A stretch of DNA of 64,000 nucleotides from Raillietiella orientalis. Taxonomy: Eukaryota. Below are positions 55,201 to 64,000 of the stretch, piece after piece. Made by a program: the position numbers and the translations under genes. The stretch is from contig JAYWIR010000001.1 in assembly GCA_036172245.1 (NCBI GenBank), forward strand, positions 620,001 through 684,000, given 5' to 3'. The stretch's first letter is position 1; each line of letters starts with the position of its first letter. The notes under the pieces are model-generated. The model saw nothing but the letters and a program-made list of their open reading frames with translations. It was not told the DNA's origin and did not search any database.

Positions 55201-58200
55201 ATCTACCTACCCAGGGCTGTTTCTTTGAACGAGGAAAGGTTGAAGCAGCTCCGCAGGTTTCGAACCGCCGAAACGCTGCCGCGCCCCACCGCGACTTCCA
55301 TGGGGGAGGCGGAGGGGAACAAGCCACGTATCCTGAACACAAAAAGAGTACGTGCAGAAGAAGAGCCACGACACGCGCGCACACATACACACTGTCTGCA
55401 TTAATGAACCTGGCAAGCGTGTAAGTGGAATACGAATGCGAGCGCAAAAAAAAAATAATAATAATAATAATCTGGAGGGGGAAGGAGGAACCGACTGAAC
55501 GAAGCGGAAGGATGCGCACCAGCGGGCTGCCAAACTCGTTCGTTCCGCAGCCTGCGACGAAGACGACACACCCTGCGAGCATTCCACGACAACCGCACCA
55601 AACAGCAGAGGGATAACAGCCGAGCAGTGATCCGGAAACAACGGATACGTGGAAAACAACAACACTGGAAAAGAGTCCCCACGGCCGAACGTCCGGCCCG
55701 AGTGAACGTGTCCCTGCTGAACCGTAAGGGAGGGCAAGAGAGCTAAAGAAGAACTCTTCGGTCTTTCCGGATCTGCCCAACTTCCTGCAGCGCGTCCGAC
55801 ACGCTGTTCCCTCACGGTAGCGTTTGGGCGTGGCTCCTTTCCCCTTGCAAAGCCATCAAACGTTCCCGAATTCCCTGCGACCACCTTCAACCAAAAACAC
55901 ACTGGCGCGCGCGCGCGCGACCCTCGGTCCGAGCGCAAGGAACGCATCTTCGTTGCCGGACCTCCCCAAGCACCGCCAGCAATCCGTCTTGGCGGGGCGG
56001 CGGCCAGATCGCACTGCTGCCGCCGCCGCCATCACGGTTAAGATGTACATCGCGGTACGTACATCCGAGTGTTCCGTCTCCGTTCGTGCGGCGTCCGCTG
56101 TCACGAGTTAATCCGACGGCATGCGTGCAAAGATGGTTTCGAAACAACACGCAATGCGCGATGCACCGCTCTGCTGTGCCCGAAGATGGATCACGCCCAT
56201 CGCATGCGTCGCAAAACAGGGCCCAAGACGCAACCTCCTCTCTGTCTGCCTTCCTTCAGACGGTCCCCAAAACACGAACCGCATTGACCTTGCTTTCCTG
56301 TCGATTTTCCCCCTCCCCTTCCCTTCATCCTCGAAATCCTGCCCTTCGTTCCGTTTCCGTGTCAGTTTCGTGTCATTAGTGTGTGTGTGTTCCGGCCAAC
56401 CACAGCGGTTTACTTTTTGCTCACCCAATTACTGCGGCAGACACGATTTACACCATCCCTTTTATCACCACCGACTGCTGTGGAAAGCGTTCCCACCGCA
56501 TCCACGATTGCATTTGACGTTTAGGCAAATGACGCTTCTCTTTTTCCTTCTCCTTTCTTCCTTCCCCGAGACACTGGTCCTTAAACTTTACTATGAAGAC
56601 GCTGCCGGACTGCGATGGCTTGCTTCACACTTACCGGCTCTACGTGCCCACTTTTCTCGCTATCATTTTTCCGTGTTTCCTTGAATAATCAATAACGCCA
56701 GACACTGGCAGCTGACTTTTTCGATAATTTATTCAAGACGCGGGGCTTCCGCAATTCTCCTCCTGCCAGCGGCTTCAGAGGGTGTTTGGCGCGATCATCC
56801 TCTGGAAAAACTTCACAATACCGATGGTTGTTCGCACGATTCGAATCGTTGCTACGGCAGCCTCTCATCACAGGGCTGCTGACAACGCTTTTCAGATACA
56901 TCTCAAGGCCCTCCGAAAACTCCAATGACCGTCTTCGGATCCTTTGTCGCAGGCAAACTTTTAGGAAACCGGTGTACAGCCCCCAGGTAGAGACCACGGC
57001 TTCTGTGATGAAAATTCACGGGAAAGTTCGCCATTTAAGCGATCGGTGAGTGGCACTCCTTCACTTCAGATTGAATTCTCCTGCGCCCTCTCCTCCTTCC
57101 GGAATTCCGTTCACCCGGAGACTGATTCCGCCCATCGCTGCGAGCGAAAACGATAGCCCTCCCTGGATTCGACTTCATCTGCCCAGCGTCTCTCATGATG
57201 GCTGTGGCGATCCCTGGCATCGAAGCAAACGCGGCTCTCGCTCGATGGACTGTCACGTGCAATCCTGACAAACCGGCTAATCTTTCGCGTATCTTCCAGT
57301 CTCCGGAACAGCACACGTTTTCCGCGAACGCTGGGCCCGGCGTGGTCATGCGGAAGAAGGGAGGGCAGGGAAGCTTGCAGGTGCGCCACAAAGGCAGTGA
57401 AAAAAATGTGCAGATAACGCCTTTGTGGTCCGTGCAGACTGCAGCTGACCTCGCGCATTTCTCTGGTCAGACGTAATCTACGCAATGAAAACATTTCCTC
57501 GGCAACTCCGATCAATCTGCACGAAGAGCGAACCGAACGTCAACGGCGACGATTACTTTAAGCACTTGTTTCCGATGCTGATGTGTTTTTCAGATGCCAC
57601 TGGCAACCACCAGGCACCTGCACAGTTTTCTTGTTTTTGTTTGTGCACTTGCCTTCCCACAAAGAGTGAAGAGAGGATGATGGCTTTTCGTTTCAGCAGG
57701 GGCAGGCAGGCACACGTTAACCAAGTCGCCCCACCCAAGACACGAAAGGTTTAACGCAATCTGCATCATACGCGCGCAGCGAAGGAAACCCAAAGTTACA
57801 CTCCTTCGAACCAACCAACCTTCCTTGCAACGTTACTTGGAATTTTCCTTTTCCTTTTTCAAGGAGAAGATTCTGCAGACACACAAAGACAGTACGTCGA
57901 CAACTGAAAATGAGAAGCTGTGCTCTCGAGATTCGAGAACTTTGAAAAGTGCACGGCAAGCACCCGAAATGACGAAACATTAAGTCAGGACCTCAACTGA
58001 TGAGCATGCTCAAGAGCACCCCGTCATGAGTCTTGAATCCGTCTCGAATGAGAATCAGTCTTGAGATTTACACGCAAAATAACGAGGATTAGCGGGCTCT
58101 TGTCCCATCAGATATGCGGAGGCTGAAGAGCACTGCTGACGTCGCTGGAAAGCGGGGAAAATCTCTAACGATTACCGACCGTGTACTTTAGCCAGCTTCG

Positions 58201-61200
58201 CAAATCTGTGCAGAAGAGCCGGGAATCAGGGCCGCGCCTATTGGGGCCGGCCACGTCGTGCTGTCGACAGCGCAGGCGGTTCTCCCATAAGCGGTTCTTT
58301 CGCAAGGCTAATCTGTACACATAATGACGACACGGATCGATGACACGAATTCGATGCAAACGCCATCCATCATTCCCACCGAACGTTACTCTTCCCCTCA
58401 CAAGGATATCACTTGGAAATGCTGAGGCGGCAGGGATAGATAGGTACACGAGCGAGTGAGCGTCGGCAGAACCTGAGTAGGGATTCCGACCAGCTGACGA
58501 CATTATCGAAGAGAAGAACATACGAGTTCCAGGAGCACGCACACAAATGGTGAGAGACGGAGGATACACTACAAAGCAGGGAAGGGGGGGAGGATAGATT
58601 CCCAACAAGAGCGTACGGCTCTGCTGGCCTGATGACAGACCAAACGGTGGGAAAGCATTGCTGACACATGGGCAGTTCCCACTTGGGAGCTGTTACCAGA
58701 AAACAGATGGGGAGTGGCCGCGTGAACTGCAATCCTTACTGGAACGTCCCCGCCACGTCTTCGCCGTACGCAACGCCTTAAACAAGAGGCGAACCTATCT
58801 TGCACACGGGAAGACAGTGACAGAAACCATAAGAGAGCCAGAGGCAGAGCGATGTGTCCCGCAAGAAACGTACCTGCAAAGGGGTTCCTACCAAAAAAAA
58901 AAAAAAAACATTAAAGCAAAACCTGAAGTCCTAACGCATTCGCTTTCTTCATCGAGAGTCGACCACGAAGAGCAAAGCCTCCAAGAGCGCCTCCTATCAA
59001 CTGTACAGCTGTACGGATCGGAAGTCTTGGTCACCTTCGTACCTCGACTCGGGATGAGGCTCGACTGCCAAGCTCCAGTTCCCGCGTTGCCTTCCGTGCA
59101 AGAATTCGGGGGAAAAAAAGTTGCCGACAGCCTTTCAGTTTTTTGGAACCCTGCTCGAGACGCAAGCTTTGGCTACAGCTTGAGCTTCTCTGGTAATCGA
59201 TTCTCTCATGATAAGATTAAGGTCACCAATTTACTCTCGATCTCCGCATGACACATCATCGACAAACAATGCATCATGCACATTCCGCTGAGCTGCAAGA
59301 TCGTAGTGACAGATCATTACTGGTGCGATTAACAAATGCGGAAGTCCGTTCCCCAACACGCCCAGAGGCCACATGCTCGCTCGCCGCTGTCAACGGAAAC
59401 CGCAAACGAAACGCATTCGGCGCCCTTCCGGTGCGCCCACTCATCCCCCATCCCCCGAGCTTTCGCTACGACAGAACCAATGGTTCCCGTACGACCGGCC
59501 CAGCCTCAGGGCGCGCGAGAGACGCCGGCATCTCAAGCCTGGGAAACGCGAGGGATGCAAAAATCACGGTCGGCGCAGAGCGCACACTGCGAAACGCCTT
59601 GTGAGGAGGACCCAGCATCCGAATCGAGGGAAGTGTTCTCAACGTCGCTTGCTGGTTACGAGCATCCGTACGGAAAGTAATATTTTTTGATCGTTAGAAG
59701 CAGCCACTTTTACCTGATCGTCTGTGCATGCAGGCTCAAATACCGAATGCTCCCCCTCTCCCCCCCCCACAGCTTCATTTTACACGAAAACCTCGACTTG
59801 AGACTGTGATAACATTTTTCTTCTTTTTGGCAAAACGAGCACTCTGATATCCGAAAAGCACGGTTCACAGTTCAGAGAGCAACATCTTTCCGCAATACCA
59901 GCATCCTTAAGGGTAAAATATATCTTTAGTTTCGAGATTGTTCCCCCCCTCCCCCTTCTTCTTCTTCTTCCTCCCTTTCTTCGCAAAAACCGATCTTTCC
60001 CCAGGATGTGAACCAGACTATAAATAGCTCTTTCGTCACGCACCTCCAAAGACAAACTTATAAGTGCGGCTGCCAGAAATTATTATTGCACGTCTTTCGA
60101 TTCCATACAGCAAAACCCCAAGTTACTAATAAACAGCTGGGCCGCTGAAGCCTTTCGACGCTATTTGGATTCTTCCTCAATCCGAAAGAAGTCCACCGTG
60201 GGGAACCCTTGACGGCAAGGAACGCACTTATTTTTCAAGAGTGCACGTCCTGCTGATACTCGACCGTGAGGCCTCCCAACTTATCCGGGAGCACTCTCGG
60301 TGGATTCGGGAAGCTGGATCGCCTATCGGACAGTTCACCCGAAACGCGGTCGATGCCGCGTAGTATCGACCGCATTTTCGTGGTATTGCTCCTCGGAAAC
60401 ATCTCGAAAACAGCAGCATTCCAAACAAACTGGGTCATCGGGCGCTCCGGCCGCCGCCGTTTCCATGAGAGCCGCATCACTTCTTATTCAACATTTCGCT
60501 GCACAGCTCGGCAAGGTCGCTGCCGTTATTTTCAGACGGAGCAAAGCATTTCCGTTTCCTTTCCTTCTCCTCCTCCCGGACGAAACGACTACGAATGTTG
60601 TTGTTTCTTTCCTTTCCCATGCTTGTCCACGGCGGACGTTTTCCTTTCCCGGCTCGAAAACGTTTTGGCGGCACGGCGCCGTGGGCTGCTTTCAGCAACC
60701 TCCTGCTCCATAAACTCGCGAGGACCTCTCAAAACAGACGCCTCGGGTCTTCGAAGATTTACTGCTGCCCGGTGCACACAGATAATTAAACCTGGATTTG
60801 GATCAAGAGCAGTTTCCGCCGCAAATTCCGCCTTTCTGTCGTTGTTTTCCATCCCTTGAATACGAAAACTTTTGTCTTTGTTATTTTATTTCATTTCGTA
60901 GTAGTACGGTTACTTAAATAATACCCAGGACCATCGTATTTTACGGAATGTTTTCGTTTCGTGAATGCTCACGTGATGCACGCAGGGCTCAAGAGACCAG
61001 ATCTTTCCTTTCCTGATCATCCTCAGCGCAACTGCCGACGGGTGAACTTTTTCACCTATGCTGTGTTTCATGAAATGAGGAATTTTCTCAATGGTTGTTT
61101 CAGGCTGCACGAGGATTGCAGTGGGCAACGAACGCTCCCCTCGGATCTCTTCGTCACCCCTCACTTTGCATACTCCCAACATTTTCTCATCAACTCCGAC

Positions 61201-64000
61201 TCTGCACAAACTTTCCAGTCAATTTGATGATAAAAGTGGTGAAGAATTGTAAGTGGGGTTCAAACAGTCAATACCTTGTTGGGAAGAGTTTTCCAGAGAA
61301 GAGCGTGCCAGTCCTCAACTCCTGTCCATGCGCTACTGATTAGCTCTGGCTGCTTGAAATTTTAATTCAGTTTGGAAGTCGCTTTCATGTAAAATTGCTT
61401 CTACGGGAACCCAATCAGCTCTTAAGGTTTTCAACTTTAAGCCCCAAAAAGGTGCGTGAATCGGCAAAAACCAGCGACCATGCTGAATAGTACTTGAAAT
61501 GTAGTGTACACGAAATTTGATTTTTAAAAAGCTCCTTCATTGTACGAAAAAAATGAAATTGTGCTATTTGGCTTGACTGGTTGAAAACGTGAATACAAGT
61601 TTAATTACTGCCGTTTCCAGATTCCGCACTACTTAACTGTGTCGTTTTCTTTCCGGAATCACAGGCAACACTTACATCACACCGAAACCTCGAATAATGA
61701 ATTCGAGGTTTCGGTGTGATGCAAATGTACACAAAAAAACGTAATTCATTTAATGGGTTTATATATATATATATATATCTTGACTGGGTCAAAAAATGGT
61801 TCAACTCCAAAGCACCAGACTCCCTTCGGCTTTCTGTGGTGTTTAATGCTCCATCTGTGTGAAAGCATACAATCAGTCAAACACCTCAAAGACTGCTAAA
61901 TTCGATTGTATAAGCACACGGTCATGGTGATTCCAGTTAAGAAAAAATACTACTACTTACACTACAATGAGTTGAAAGCACAAGAAAACATAAACCCTCC
62001 GATGCACTGGTAATCTTCAGTGCCAACAGAAGAGTACATGAATAAGATCCATGAAAGCATTCCACTGACACTTAACGGATCATTAAGTAGTTAAATCCAA
62101 GATAATAGCTGGAAGAGATGACACACGCACCTGTCAGCATAGTGGGCGAGATAATGCATCATACAAACTGAATACATAATGATGTAGTTACTTTAAATGG
62201 GTGTATGACAGATAACAGCAATCATGCATTTTGTGGAAACCCACATTAGTACTCTTGGCGAAAATTATCGTATTGCCATTCAAACCACAATTCAAAAACA
62301 GACTGTGAGTAAACCAATCCGAGATCAAAGTAGCAATGAAATTATGCAGGACTATTGATCTTTTTTTTTTTCTATTTATTTATAAAATCAACTTTGAAAT
62401 CAAACTTGGATAGTTTTTGGAGCAAACAAAATCACTTTGGTTGACTGCTTTAAAAAAAAAAAAAAAAGAGAAAATCTATGTAAAAATTCTGATACCAAAT
62501 GTGCTCTCACACTCTAGTATGTTTTGCAGGCTAGACACTGCAACCCAAAATTCTCAATCAAAAACACACGAGCACCAGCAATCATTGGCAATTTACATCA
62601 GACTTTCACTAACAAAAGGTTTTCTTTTCAACAGTCCAAACTGTCACGACTGACGCAAATGTTATTTTATTATCAATCACAGAGGATTCATATCTTGTCC
62701 TTTGTTCTCCCAAATCTCCAGCCACAAGCATCAAATGCAAACTTCACAGATCCGTTTCCCAATGGTTGAAACAACTGCAATTAGCCAAGAACTAAGAAAT
62801 GAAAATGTTTTGCCAGTTCTTGTCCAGTGCGATTTTTTCGAACAACAACCATCCTTGTGTGCTGCATGGCATACAACACAGCTTACAGGCTATACAAAAT
62901 CTCCAACCAGCATATGTTGAAAAAAACTCCAAGGTGGCATGGCAGGCAATTTTTTTTTTTTTTTTTTTTTTAATTTTTGTGTGATGTGTCCATTGTAATC
63001 AAGTTCCATGACGATTGAATGCGCATAAAAGCAAAGCTTCTCATAGTGACCAAGTAAAATTTTGGTCACCAAAAAGCGCATGATGCAGTGGGATAATCAA
63101 TGAATGCAGAGATAACAAAACGAAACTAGTAACAATCAAGAACCATTCACCAAAAAAACGAGATGATAAAATTTAGTAATAAGGAATCACGTGCAGATAA
63201 TTTGTATTTTTCAAAGTCTAAGTAAAGAAGATTATTTTGTATTCGTGGCTCTAAAACGCATATGATAATGGTTAAAACTGGCACAAGTGAGTAACACACA
63301 TCCAAAGTTATTAGAACATCAAATGTCTAGGTGAAACTTTAAAAAGAGTCGAACTTTATCAAGGAAAAATATGACTTGGATCAAAATTGAAGGACATACT
63401 TCATGAATTAAGGGACTAGATTTATTTTTCAAAAGCATCTTTCAAAGGATAGTTTCTACAACTATGGAAAACTAGACATTGTATCTTAAAACTGAAATAG
63501 AATCATCAGAGGCTCTTGTTTCAAAATGCTCCTTTAATTTATTGTTACTGAAAGACTCCTAAAGTGCATTCTCAAAATGCTTCTCAAAGAATGCAAAAGT
63601 TGATAAAGAGTTTCGTTTGATTTTTCGGCAGCGGTTTTCTATCATTTTTTTTTTTTTCCTCCCAATATGCAAAACACTTTCAAATTCTGAAGGTTACCTT
63701 CACTTCACATACAAGCCATGTATTGTCGCTTGTAGGGAAAATACTGACACATGCTGATTTAGTGGGATGACACATTTCAACAATTCACAATCTGCAGCAT
63801 AAAAAACGATCATAAATTCAACAGTCAACTTCAGGAAAGTATCATGACACCAACCTGTGATTGTCCAAACAAACAAGAAAAGCATTTGGGATGCTTCCCT
63901 ATTACAAAATTTTCAGAAGATCCATATCAAATTTAATAGGCTCACATATCTACAGTGCTAACAACAATCTGAAAAAACATGTAAGTGCCATAAATTGTGA

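Noticed and set aside
19000-61000. Hundreds of 60-360 aa ORFs rich in R/G/P/S in the supplied track
   Set aside because: Overlapping on all frames, low complexity and without domain motifs; expected from GC-rich repeat DNA. Only the ASB-like and KCTD exons are supported.
63698-63792. Candidate minus-strand exon near the window end
   Set aside because: It has AG/GT borders but stops in all three frames and no homology I can recognise.

Overview
Genomic DNA of an invertebrate animal; arthropod-like is a guess and the species cannot be named from sequence alone. Five spliced protein genes can be reconstructed with GT-AG introns and continuous reading frames: the 3' ~20 exons of SMG1 kinase (371-5966, +), mitochondrial enoyl-CoA delta isomerase ECI1 (7783-10917, +), anamorsin/CIAPIN1 (13219-14164, +), an ankyrin-repeat/SOCS-box protein (24585-26581, +) and a KCTD8/12/16-family BTB protein (39996-43462, -). 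The window is a sharp mosaic of AT-rich, CpG-poor blocks with ~45-nt introns and a GC/CpG-rich, repeat-laden block (~20-53 kb). The most interesting signals are retroelement-related. (1) A Tx1/L1-like LINE has its endonuclease-RT half inverted relative to its zinc-finger/3' end, a twin-priming-like layout. (2) Three diverged 3' ends of this LINE family keep three stem-loops with compensatory base changes and lack a poly(A) tail; one is inserted into a SINE with a ~15-bp target-site duplication. (3) A ~550-bp tRNA-headed SINE family carries cUUCGg hairpins. (4) A U2 snRNA 5' fragment breaks off at GTGTAG. Most ORFs in the supplied track from 19 to 61 kb are GC-content artefacts.
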